Shown here piece by piece: positions 26,203-39,053 of a DNA stretch of 64,000 nucleotides (position 1 is the stretch's first letter; every line of letters starts with the position of its first letter). The position numbers and the translations under genes are program-made. The stretch is from assembly GCF_006345805.1 (NCBI RefSeq), contig NC_043000.1:40300001-40364000 (forward strand), given 5' to 3'. Origin of the DNA: Octopus sinensis. Lineage: Eukaryota. The notes beneath the pieces were generated by a model, which ran no database searches, was not told the origin of the DNA, and saw nothing but the letters and a program-made list of their open reading frames with translations.

Positions 26203-27915
26203 GCCTGTCATATATGTTTGTACTTGTTATATCCTGTGAGGTGTGTAATCTATTCTGTTCTGTACTATTACAATATGCACAAGATGGCTTGCTTTGGAAT
26301 TTAAAAGTAAATTTATCTGTCTACTGTTTATACATTCAACAGGCATCTTCATCATGTATCTGATTCCTTTTGGAATGAGGGACAGACAACATAGTATTAT
26401 AATGTTTTCTCGAATCAATATTTATATATCTCTACGTTAGTATGTATGTTATGTATGTATGAATGTATGCATGTACTTATGTAGCTATGTATGTAAGTAT
26501 TCATGTATGTATACATACATGTATGTGTGTATGCATTACATACATACTCACATACATACATATATACATACATACATACAGACATACATATGTATCTGCA
26601 TATGTATATACATATACAAGTAAACACATGCATACACATATAGAGATCTTTTTTTTATATGTATTAGTATGTTGTTGTAAGCTGCACTACACTGGTTATA
26701 ACATGGTGATGATGTTTGGTGTGGGATTTGGAAGAGAAACCTTTTCTGTGTCATGATTAAAATCTTCAGCAGGCGCCATTGTCATGTTTATTTATGTTAT
26801 TTTAGGTAAAAAGGATAAAAGTTATATAAAACAAAGACAAAAAAAAAGAACAAAAAAGACTCTGCAGTAAATGAAATTCTTATATTTGAAAGATGAGGAA
26901 ACACCAACATTTCTGAGAAAAGGAGAAAGGGAAAAACAAAGAGAGAGAGAGAGGGGGTAGTCAGAGGGAATGTGCGTGTATGTGTGTAAACAATAAAAGA
27001 AATAAAACATTCTTAAACCGCTATTTGAAATGGAATATATTGTTTAACAATAGTAATCCGAGAAGTTAATCAAGAACACACAAAAGTCGTATGCCGTTGT
27101 AGAGATCAGCTTCTCTGTAGAAGTACATGTCTCTTTAAATATTGGAGAAAAAGACAACAGATGGATAATTGAGAAGATACCTAGAGAATTTATAGCCAGG
27201 CTATAGATTTTCCTGTGTTTCTATTATCACAAGTGTACTGGACTATATAACAGCAGATTAGCATAGAAATTTAGAAATGTTTGGGGTTCTACAAAGAAAA
27301 AAAAAGATTGACTTGCATCTCCCAGATACAGTCGCTCAGAGGAACAAAGAAAATGTGTAAAACATTTCTTGGATCCGTTGTGAGAGACTCCTGGGAAAAC
27401 ACATGCACAGGATTGCATATACATATGGAATATATAAGAACGCACTCACATAAACAGAGCTGAAACCCACAATTGTATTCTATTGCTGTACGCTCATCCA
27501 TGGATGCAAATTTACCCGCACGCACACACATACAACTTGTATGCATATATACATACATCAGCCAGTTCAACTAACCACTGATCCCCAAGAGTTGTTTTAA
27601 CTTAATCATAAGCCTTGTAGATTGTTAGTGACCAGCTTGAATTCTGCAAAGTAAGTAAAAATTAAAATAAATACAAAAAAACATACATCGTATTTTCACA
27701 AAAAAGGACTCAACCAGCAAACACGTACAATACACTTGAAATCTGTAATCTAAACTGTAAAGATGTGCAAGACTACTCAAGTTCAAAATGTGATATTGTT
27801 TTTGCTATCTACATACCAATTACGGTGCTTTAGAAGGTCCATCCTCACAGAAAGACTTCAAATAATAAAAAATAGAAGAGAACATACATACATACATACA
27901 TACATACATACATAC

Positions 27916-28472
27916 ATGGTGGCTGCCCCCTCGTTATCGAGTATGGCCATTGCACGAAGCTTAATCAATGTTGTTATCGTGCAATGCCTGTGCAAGAAGA
28001 TTTTTTTAAAGTGAGGAAAGGCTGTGCACTGAGTCAATCCCACTGACTAAGCAACAGCAGCCATAATCCGAAAAGAAGAACAAGTCAACATCATCGGTAA
28101 CCACTGAGCCGCAGGTTTTATGTCGGAGTTATCCCAGTTACCTGAGTTACCTTCTCCTAGAAGGATGCCCTAACAAAGGCTAGGAGTCCTTCACTCCCAA
28201 TGGTTTAACCGCGCGATCGGGTATTCAGTCCGATTATTTCTATGTCCCCGCGCATGATACAGCCTTAAGGCATTTATTGGATGGCCGCTGACTCTCAAGA
28301 GTTCCTCCGCCCTTTGACGGGTTTTGTTTTTCATCCCGCAGGGTGTCCAATAAACACCCTCCTCACCAAGCAAGCTTGGTGGGGTTGCCGGTTTAGTCGC
28401 CAACGACCCGATCATGCAACAGGTTGTACTGGGTTACATGTTACCAGTAGCACTCGAAAGTGACCTGGCATA
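27916..28472 (-). mobile_element. ~555 bp non-coding element with an RTE-like 5' UTR, embedded in (TACA)n
   Basis: GC-richer block between two (TACA)n tracts; contains CCTAGCCTTTGTTAGGGCATCCTTCTAGGAGAAGGTAACTC, resembling RTE leader sequence; no recognisable coding capacity. Confidence 0.5.
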
Positions 28473-30261
28473 TAGACATACATACATACGTACATACGTA
28501 CATACATACATACATACATACATACATACATACACATACTGTCTCATTTACTTCCTTGCCTACTTATGTATACACATAATATTAAAGATTAATGAGAAAG
28601 AAGACTTGCCGAACTGATTAGATATCTAGTTACGATAATTTTAGATTTCTCCTATTAAAGCATTTGGCCAAGTGAATACCTGCTTCAGTTCCAATCTTGA
28701 GATGGTAGGTTTCACAAAATCAAAAAGAACACACCTAATGAGAAGGTTACGGTTACAAGACATCAACAGGAGCAAAAATATTTGAAACATTCATGAAATT
28801 CAGCTTGCAATAAGATCCATATACGCGATGTCATCCATGTCTGCGCTAATGTATATGAATACATTTAAAAATACTTAGGCTTACATATACACTCATTAAT
28901 GCATCGTTATTTGGATTTTTAAAATTATATATCGACGAGTTTGTCGGATGGACTAAAGACCATGCTCTAGAAACCGTCTCCGCTGATGATTTATTCGACA
29001 CTTTTAGTGGTGGTGATGGTGGTGGTGGTATCCTATTTGTTGTTGTTAATTATTGTGTTTGTTCGGTTGTGGTTTAGCCTGAAAGCATTCTAGAGTATAA
29101 AGTTCTATCATCTTAGATATTCTAGTCATAGCCATATAGCCTTTTGTTTTGTTTTCAAACCCAAACAACATAACGCTATGTGCCTTTCTTTTTCTAGCAA
29201 AATGAGGATATCTTCCAAAGAATATCTTCAGTATGATTAGCATAGAGTTAAATAGCGACTAGGATACCTACTGGAGTGAGCTTCAATGAATTTTAATCGG
29301 TTGAAATTACATTTCTAATGAGAAGGAAACAAATCAGTATTGATAATGACAGTTTCTGGCAACGAAGGCAAGGGAGTTAACTACGAAATTAAAATTAATA
29401 AAAAATAAAAAGGGACATGTGTTGTTGTTGTTGTTGTTGTCGTCGTCGGCGGTGGTGGTGGTAGTAGTCTTAGTGGTGGTGATAGAGGGAATGAGCCGAA
29501 TCCTTTGATAAACATACTGACATTCACATCCACACATACACACACATATATACACATATATATATATACATCCATCATATATATATACATATACGTACAT
29601 ACATACATACATACATACATACACACACATATATGTATGTATGTATGTATATATATAGTTCCAGGCAGCTATTTTACATTCGTTCCCAAAATATTGTGAC
29701 GAGGCAAGAGATAAAATACAGTGTTCTAAGACAAAATAGATTTCACGTAGCACTTATGTGTGTATGTGCTAGTGGGAGGAGGAGTACATATGCATATATA
29801 CATGCACACATATCATACCATGTAAAAACCCATATCATATATGTGAGGCTTAATAAATTTCCATAGGCCTTCATCTTAGGAATACACTTCGCACAGCAAG
29901 GCTCCATAAGTTATAAAATAGCATTAGAGTAACGCTATTTTTCTACATGAAAAAAATGTACAACAAAATTTAAACACACGCGCGCGCGCACACACAAGTT
30001 CACATATACATACATCCATCTGTGATTACATACATACAGCAACTCTTTAACTTTCTCTCAGAGATTTTCCTTTCTTTTAGTTCCTTCTTTCTCCTATTCT
30101 CACTATTTTAGTTCTTTTTTATTTTAACTTTTATTTCTTATCATTCCCCCATATCCTTACCCGTCTGTCTATTTATCTGTCTGTCTGTCTCTGTCTCTGT
30201 GTCTGTCTGTCTCTGTCTCTGTCTGTCACTGTCTCTCTTTCTCTCTCTCTCTCTCTATCTC

Positions 30262-30292
<31 letters not shown>

Positions 30293-30848
30293 GTCTCCTC
30301 ACCACGGTCAATATGCCATTTTACCAGACATCTTTATTCACTTACACACCTCTTATTCCTTTACCCTTTATTTCTCTTTCATCACATACATTCCCCCTTT
30401 CAGTCTCTCAGTCCTCCTAATCGTAATATTCCTTCACATTATTCTTAGCCTTCACTAATTCCTCTTTTTCTGGCTTTCCATTTCTCTTTCCCCGCCAACC
30501 TCCCTTATGCAACTCTTTATTCGAACACTAAATGGATTTCGTCCATTACAGCTTCCTGGCTTCCGGTAATAATTTGGTGGTTAGTAAATCAAAGTTCGTC
30601 CGCCGCCTAATATATTATCGCATCCCTGCTTTTACTGTTACTGTGTATTAAATAAAATATGTAGGTAAACAGACGCATAAGCATACGCACATGCACTCAC
30701 ATACACATAGGTAGACTGCAAATGTGCTCCCTACCACTCATATATATATATATATATAAGCACACACAAACGCACGCACACTTATATATGAGTAGGGGTG
30801 AGGATGAGTACATGTGCGGTCTGTGTGTGTGTGTATATATATATACAT

Positions 30849-30910
<62 letters not shown>

Positions 30911-30925
30911 ATATATATATATGTG

Positions 30926-30959
<34 letters not shown>

Positions 30960-31256
30960 TGTATGTATGTATGTATGTATGTATGTATGTATGTATGTAT
31001 GTATGTATGTATGTATGTATGTATGTATGTATGAATATATGTTTATGTATATATATATGCATTATGAATAAATGATTATCTTCCTTGTAATAACTACTTC
31101 CACTAGTAGAAGAAGACATTTGTGTGTGTGAGAGAAAGAGATAGAGAGGGAGAGAAACAGAGACAGAGACAGAGACAGAGTGTGTTTGTATGTGTGTGGT
31201 GATGTGCATGTATAAGTCCTTTACTTGCAACGTGTGGGGTTGTTTGAGCGGGGAGT

Positions 31257-31292
<36 letters not shown>

Positions 31293-33185
31293 GTTAGAAG
31301 AGAGACATTCAGTCGCTCTTAGTATGGTTAGTAAAACAGACTTTAAAAAAAAACTGACACAAGTTGTTATAAAAGAAAAAATGTAGAGAATCATCTGACG
31401 AACGCATGAGTGTAAAAACCAATCTCACAGGCGAGCTACGTATATTGTTTTGTAATTCTCCATTCAGGCATCCTTATATCAAGGCTTCCCACTTACTCTC
31501 ATTCTCTCTCTTTCTCTCTCTCCTTTTCTCTCTCCTTTTTCTCTACTTCTCTCTTACTTTATCTATTTATCTATATATCTATTTATCTATATATCTGTTT
31601 ACCTATCCCTCCCTCCCTCACTCTATATATCTCTCTATCTATCTGTCTATATTTATCTATCGATCTATCTATCATCTGTTTCTCTATTTATCTATCTGCC
31701 TATGTATGTATGTATGTATGTATGTATGTATGTATGTATGTATGTATGTATGTATGTATGTATTTATCTATCTATCTCTTAGTACATATGTATATGATTA
31801 CATACATCTATGTGTACACAGATATAAATGTGTATGTGTGTGTGTGTGAATGCATGTTATGCATTCTATGACTATTGTATTTGTGAAACATGTAGCCCTG
31901 AACAAAAAAAATTGCTCATACATACACATACACACAGATACGTACATATATATATATATATATATGCGTGTGTGTGTACACACACACACACATATATGTA
32001 TGTATAATACAATATTCATCAGTGCCAGATCCGTCACGCTATCCTTGTGAAGTCATTAAATAGTTAACAACAGAACAAGAAGTTCTGCTAAGCACATTAC
32101 AATGTAGTCCAAACAACTGGGTGGGAACAACATTGTTGACTGTTAGCTAATGATTGCTTGTTCGTTGTCTGATTGACTTCTTGTTATTACATTATTGTCG
32201 GTTGTTGTTGTTGTTGTTGTTGCTGCTGCTGCTGCTGGTCTTGCTACTGCTGTGGCTGTCGTCGGTACTGTTGTATTCGATGTCTTTACGAAATGAAATA
32301 ACAATATGATTTCTCAAAGTGCCATCTTTCCACTGCGGAATATTATTAATACTATTTGTGCTGTTTACTTTCTCTCTGGTTACAGTACATCACCACCACC
32401 ACCACCACCACCACCACCACCACCACCACACCACCACCACCACCACCACCACCACCACCACCACCACCACCACCACTACCACCACCACCACCTCACACCA
32501 CCACCACCACCACCACCACCATAATTCTTGAGCCTATGCTGGTCTATAACTCCGATCCCTCTTGCTGTCAATGTCAATCCATTTCATACGTTCTTTTGTC
32601 AGTAAATATTTATTTAATAAGAATGCAGATTCCAAGACACTGGTTGTTGTTTTCACAATAAAATTTAATATATAAGAGAGATCGTTGATAAAAAACAAAA
32701 ATAGTGAGCTATTGCTGTTTGCAGTGAAAAATACGGAATTTCGGATATTGCGTCATTCTCAGAGAGACAAATATCGAGTCTGATGCCACAGTTACCGTTA
32801 TTGACGATATTTATCATATTCTTTATTGTTCCTCATTCGAGAAGAGCAATTTGTAGGAAACTTTGGATTTTTCACTGTTCTTAGCAAATCAACTCACTGT
32901 CAGAGCTTTCTTTTTCGACGAATTTCTTGCAGGGACTCTTTTTATTTTTTGGATGAGTCTGCGTGTGCGTGCGCGCGTGCGGTGTGGGAGCTTGTGTGTA
33001 TGTGTACAAAAAAGCTGAAGAATTACCGATAGGAGATTCAGTACATATTTCTACATGTATACCTTTGTGGCTGCTATTCGGTAATGAAACCCGTGTAAAA
33101 TGAAATAACACACCAACGCCCATTGTCAGGCGGTGGTGGAGGACAAATACAGACACAGACACACACACACACATATATATACATA

Positions 33186-33216
<31 letters not shown>

Positions 33217-33242
33217 GCAGACAGACAGATAGATAGACCGAG

Positions 33243-33287
<45 letters not shown>

Positions 33288-33315
33288 TATAGATAGATAG
33301 ATATATAGATAGATC

Positions 33316-33462
33316 GGTTACCGTTTATGAAATCAACTCACACGGCTTTGATCGACCCGAGGCTATAGTAGAAGACATTTGCACGAAGTGCCACTGAGTG
33401 GGAGGAGCCCGGAGCCATGTAGTTGGGAAGCAAACATCCTACCACACAGCCAAGCCTACCCC
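33316..33462 (-). mobile_element. SINE family A, 5' half only
   Basis: Head through the segment just before the internal microsatellite. Confidence 0.8.
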
Positions 33463-33514
33463 TATGCATATATATATGCATATATATGTATACATACATG
33501 CATACACACACATG

Positions 33515-33558
<44 letters not shown>

Positions 33559-36095
33559 CACTCATGCATACGTATACATACATTTAACGCACATACACAT
33601 ACATATAAACATATACTTACATATATACGTATGCGTGTGTGCGTGCGTGTGTGTATGTATGTATGTATGTATGTATGTATGTATGTATGTATGTATGATG
33701 TATGTATGTATGTATGTATGTATACAGTTTCCAGCTGCTGAACGCTTCCTAAACTGTTTCCTTCCTGAACATTTGATTGATGTGTCTGTTTTTGGTACAG
33801 TTGTTTAGAAGATGCTTACTAACCTACACTCAAAGGCTGTCCACAGCTACTTAAGGTATTTTTCTCTTGCGCATTTCACTAATTCTATGAAAGCTTTCTG
33901 TTAGCATTTTTAACTTTATGAAAAGGGAACGGATAGCAACTAGTATTGCAAACGTATTGTAGGGTATTATTTATCTTACTGAAAGTAAAAAGCTGTAACT
34001 GCGATGTTTTAAAAGTTTGATGTAATATCTTTTGGGTCAGTTCTACTTTGATCACAACACCTATGTTGTTTATAGCACATATTGTGGAGATGAAAAACAG
34101 ATGTAAATGTTTTTGGTTTGAAGAGCAAATTTCTTCCACGATCAGTGAGGAAAGTATGAACATTATTCATGTCCGAAATTACATCTGTATATGAGGTAAA
34201 AACGTTGTGATCAAATCCAGCTGTTTCTCGTCTTTGTAGATACTTTAAAGGTAAATATTATGATCGTAATCGAAATTACGAGGTTCGTCCATGTTTGGTC
34301 TTGATTTCCGTCTACGAGATTTTACTAAGAGAAATGACAATTGCCTAGTGTCAAAATAAACACAAACAGAAAAAGAAATTCTGTTTGGAATATTCCTTTT
34401 CAAAGGATATTCTTCGTAATTTGAAGTACTAGGCAGATTGTTAACTAGGATGTTAAGGTTTTTTCCCTGTTTTAGGAAGTATAGTGACGCCAGCAACAAC
34501 GAATGAATAACGGTATCAAAAATGTCTGCCCATAATTTAGCCATATTTAACATAGCGATTCTTTATTATAGTTACATATTGTACATAACTCAACGCAGCT
34601 CTATTAATTAGAAGTCAAGGAATGTTTGTATGTATGTATGTATGTATGTATGTATGTATGTATTATGCATGTCTGTATGTACGTATTTGTGTATTATATG
34701 TGTATATGTATATGTACGTGTGTGTGTTTGTATTGTGTGTTTATGTGTGTGCGTATGTGGATAAGATACCCTACCGTTGGTTGTCAATTTTATAAATCTG
34801 CTATCCAACATCTGGCACCAAACAGTTATCTTGCGATATTTCTTCTCACATCTCGCCCCCTGCCCCTCCGTCCTCCTCTGACTATTTCTCTGTCACGCAT
34901 ACACAGGCACAATCAGATATATGAATGTCTATTTACATATACGCGTCTATACAAATGGGTGTATTTGTGTATATGTACATACATACCTACATACATACAT
35001 ACATACATACATACATACACACATACATACATACATACATACACATACATACATACATACATACATACATACATACATACATACATACATACGTACATAC
35101 ATGGTGTTCAAGAGAAAACTGAAGCCGAACAAGTGACAAGGTGTCATCACATGTAGTTTAAAATATATAAGGAAAAGTGATGACAATTTTGCGAGCATAT
35201 ACTTCCTTGTTTAAAGTCCGAGGAGATTGAAAGACGCGACGGATGTTGAATGATGGCTCCGGGATTGGTATACACATTAGCCTATAAAGGATTAAGTTAG
35301 GAAAAGATTGGGTAAGAGAAGAAACATAGGGTTCTACTTTTTTTTAAATAGAACTTTCAGTATTAGCGTTGCAGATATGCCTGTGTGCGTGTATGCGTAT
35401 GTGTTTATGTGTATATCTGTGTCTATGTATGTCTGTGTCCATGTATGTCTGTATCTATATACGACTATAAGTATGTATATGTGTGTTTGTATATGTGTAT
35501 AAAAGTGTGTATGTATATATGTATGTATGGAAGCCGCGGACGCAAACCAGGGTGAAATCAACTGCTGATGTATTAATCCCATGCACAAACGTTGCTTGTA
35601 TTTTGTATGGATAATGTTCAGTGATGGTCTTCCTCGGTCACGACTAGATAGTCATCATCATCATCGTTTATATATATATGTATATGTTGCAGCTAACATA
35701 TGTGTGCGTGTGTGTGTGTGTGTATAGACTGACGCGGACGTTTCCTGTGCCATTCCGAGCGATCATCATCTCTTGCAACTGACTGACTGAATCCAGCGGC
35801 ATCTATTATTTCATAAATCACCGTGGAAAGCCTCACCTTTGAAATTTTATCCGGGTTAGTTTGTGTGTCTCTATCTGTGAACTGCATTGATTTCTGGAAG
35901 AGCTTATGATAATTAAACATCTTCCAGTGGAAATTTGTAGCACTCCAGCATCTTCTTCGCAGCACGACATCGTCATGAAACCCGCTACCAAGGATGGTGC
36001 TTTGCAGGTATGGTGGTCTGACCTCTGCAAGGCTGAAGTCGTTGACTTCCACTCGTCTATGACTAGAATCGTAAATATTTTAGTATCGTTTTAAC

Positions 36096-38692
36096 ATGGA
36101 AGATTTACTGGCCTCCGTGGTAATGTTGCAACAGCAACAACAGCAGCAACAACAACTACAATAACAACAGCAGTTATAACAGAAAATACAACAGCAACAA
36201 TAACACAAGCAACAATTGCTGGAATTAATGCTAAAGAAGTCTGAAAATACTTCAGGTTTGTACTCGCCAGACAGCGTAGAAAACTCAATTGAAGAATTCA
36301 GTTATAATCCAGAAGGCATATTTTCGAAGATACGAAGAAATCTTCAACGAAGAATGTACATGTACTTGGTCTGACAAAAAAAATAATAATAATAATTACA
36401 ACTACTTATAGGAAAGTTATCCCCTGCCGAACACAAAAAGTATCGTAACAATATTCTGTCGAAGAAAACAAGTGAGATTTGTTTCGATGAAACAATTAAT
36501 ATTTTATCGAAAATTTTCAGTGAAAGAAGTTTCCTGTTCAATACTCACTGGCAATGTTTAAGTTTGGTCAAAAAAGATGATGAAGATTTCGTCACCTATG
36601 CCGGAGTTGTTAATAGAGAGTGTAAAAAATTCAAATTAAATTAATTAACCCCGGATATGTTCAAATGTCTAATTTTTGTTCAAGGGCTTACTGCAAGCAA
36701 AGATGCATATATACGTTCCTGGATATTAACAAAATTGGAACAGGACCAAAGTTTAACTCTATAGGTAGTAGCAGAAGAATGCGAGAGGATTATAAGTCTA
36801 ATACGTGACGTAGATAAAGCTGAAGAAAAAGATTGTTCTCATATTCATTCATGTCAACCGGTAACGGATAATGCGAAGACCGAATCCATGTTATGGGTGC
36901 GGTTGTCTACATTTTAAAAGTAACTGTCCGTTTAAAAATATATAAGGCTTGAAGTGTGGTAAGATAGGTCATAAAAAATCACTGTAAAACAAAATCTGGA
37001 AGACGGTTCAACAGAAAAAGTCGCTCAAACAGGTTATCGGCGACAAAAAATACGAACGAGCCCCAATGGAAATTTGTCTTTGTAAAAATTAATAACACAA
37101 ACGTAAAGTTACAATTGGATACGGGCAATGATACCTCGATAATTAACACAAATACATGGTAGAAAATAGGGAGACCGAGATTATTAGAAACTTCGAAAAT
37201 TGCCCGTGGTGCTTCAGGAAAAAAATTACATTTTAAGGGTGAATTGTTAAATGACGTTACATTTCGTGGAAAAACCTTTGTGTTGAATAATACGACAAAT
37301 TTATTCGGAACAAACTGGCTGGAATTATTTAATTTATGGGACATCCCCATAAACCTTTTCTATAAAAATGTGAATGGTTTTTCCGCCGGTACAAATAAGT
37401 CGTCAGACGAATTGAAAAAAGAGATTGAAAAAGATTTTTACTGAAGTTCTGTCTGATGAATTAGGTCTGTGCGCCAAAACGAAGGCGGCGTTTCAAATTA
37501 AAGAAAACGTCATACCGGTATTTAAACAAAAATTAACTGTACCTATCGCAGCGTTAGAACAGATAAACTTAGAGAGACTAGAAAAAAAATGGAATTATCC
37601 AAAAAGTGGAATATAGTCAATGGACATCATTAACAGTATACGTAAAGAAAAAAAAAAACAGAATGCGTGCTGATTTTTCCACTGGTTTAAACGACTGTCA
37701 CAAAACGTTCCACAATCCGCTACTAACTCCGGGGGATATATTTGCGAAATTAAATGGTGGCAAGATATTTTCTAAATTGGAACTCTCTGACGCGTACCTA
37801 CAAATTAGAGTAGATGACGAATGCTCTAAATACCTAACAATTAACACACACAAAGGACTGTATAAATGCAACAGGTTACCATTTGGCTTAAAAGTCGCTC
37901 CAGCAACATTTCAATAAATTATGGATGCAGTGTTAGCTGACTGTGAATTCGCAATTCCATATCTGGATGATATACTCATGAAAAGGAAATCCCGGGACCA
38001 ACACGTTGAGCTCGTAAAATATGTGTTCAAAAATTTAAGGATTACGGCTTTACTTTGAGTGAAGAAAAGTGTGAATTTTTCTTACCAAAAATAAAATATT
38101 TAGGAGAAAATATTGACAGAAATTGACGTCGATCAGATCCGTCGAATTGAAAATATGCCTCCTCTGATAAATATAGCAACCTTACAAGCTTTTTGGGGAC
38201 TGACAAATTATTACCAAAATTACATTCCAAATATTCATTAAAGTAAGAATTCCACTAAATGATCTATTACAATAAATGTAAAGCGGAATTGGTTTGAAAA
38301 TCGTCAGAAGACGTTCGACGAAATTTTAAAAATATTAACATCTGATTTGGCTTTAGCGCATCTCGATCCTGCAGCGGAGATTGCAGTAGATTCAGATGCC
38401 CCTGCGTACAGTATAGGAACAGTAATGCTACATAAATATAAAGATGGTAACATGAAGGTGGTGGTTCATGTCTCACATTCTCTGATATCAGCAAAGAGAA
38501 ATTACAGCCAGATCGAAAAAGAGGCTTTAGCGATTATTTTTGCCGTAAAAAGTTCCATAGATTGTTACACGGTAGAAATTTTCGAATACTGACTGATTAT
38601 CGTTCGTCATTATCGATATATAGGTCGAAGAAAGGAATCCCTACCCATACTGCTAATAGGTTGCAACGCTGGGGTACTATATTATTATACTA
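36096..38692 (+). mobile_element. Ty3/Gypsy LTR retrotransposon gag-pol remnant (gag, zinc knuckles, protease, RT, RNase H; integrase absent)
   Basis: Gag MEDLLASVVMLQQQ...LLIGKLSPAEHKKY...FKCLIFVQGL; CYGCGCLHFKSNC and KCGKIGHK knuckles; protease LQLDTG; RT FSKLELSDAYLQI...RLPFGLKVAPATFQ and YLDD; RNase H NYSQIEKEALAIIFAVK, ANRLQRW. Many stops and frameshifts. Confidence 0.95.
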
Positions 38693-39053
38693 TGCTGGAG
38701 CACCACCAATTTAGTCGAAGAAATCGACCCCAGGACTTATTCTTTGCAAGCCAGTACTTATTCTATCGGTTTATTTTGCCGAGCCGCTAAGTTACAGGGA
38801 CAAATTCACCAACATCGGTTGTCAAGCGATGGTAGTGGGGGACAAACAGATACGAAGACACACACATAAATATATAAATATATATATATACGATGGGCTT
38901 CTTTCAGTTTCTACCTGCCAAATCCACTTACAACGCTTTGGTCAGCCCAAGGCTATAGTAGCAGACACTTGCCCGAGGTGCCACGCAGTGGGACTGAACC
39001 CGGAATCATGTGGTTGGGAAATAAGCTTCTTACCACTCAGTCACCCTGCGCCT
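38692..39053 (-). mobile_element. SINE family A lacking its 3' tail, abutting the Gypsy RNase H end
   Basis: Reverse complement collinear with 7470-7830. Confidence 0.88.

Noticed and set aside
27150-27350. Possible CR1/L2 ORF2 C-terminal remnant (IEKIPREF...YNSRL)
   Set aside because: Too degenerate to call by eye; would need a profile search.
28380-28470. Complete HDV-like ribozyme fold
   Set aside because: P1, P3 and P4 candidates exist but no P2 helix in the right register, and L3 lacks the U20/G25 pattern; kept only as a tentative finding.
35686-36095. 5' LTR and primer-binding site of the Gypsy element
   Set aside because: A TGTTG start is present but there is no second LTR to confirm it and no clear PBS.
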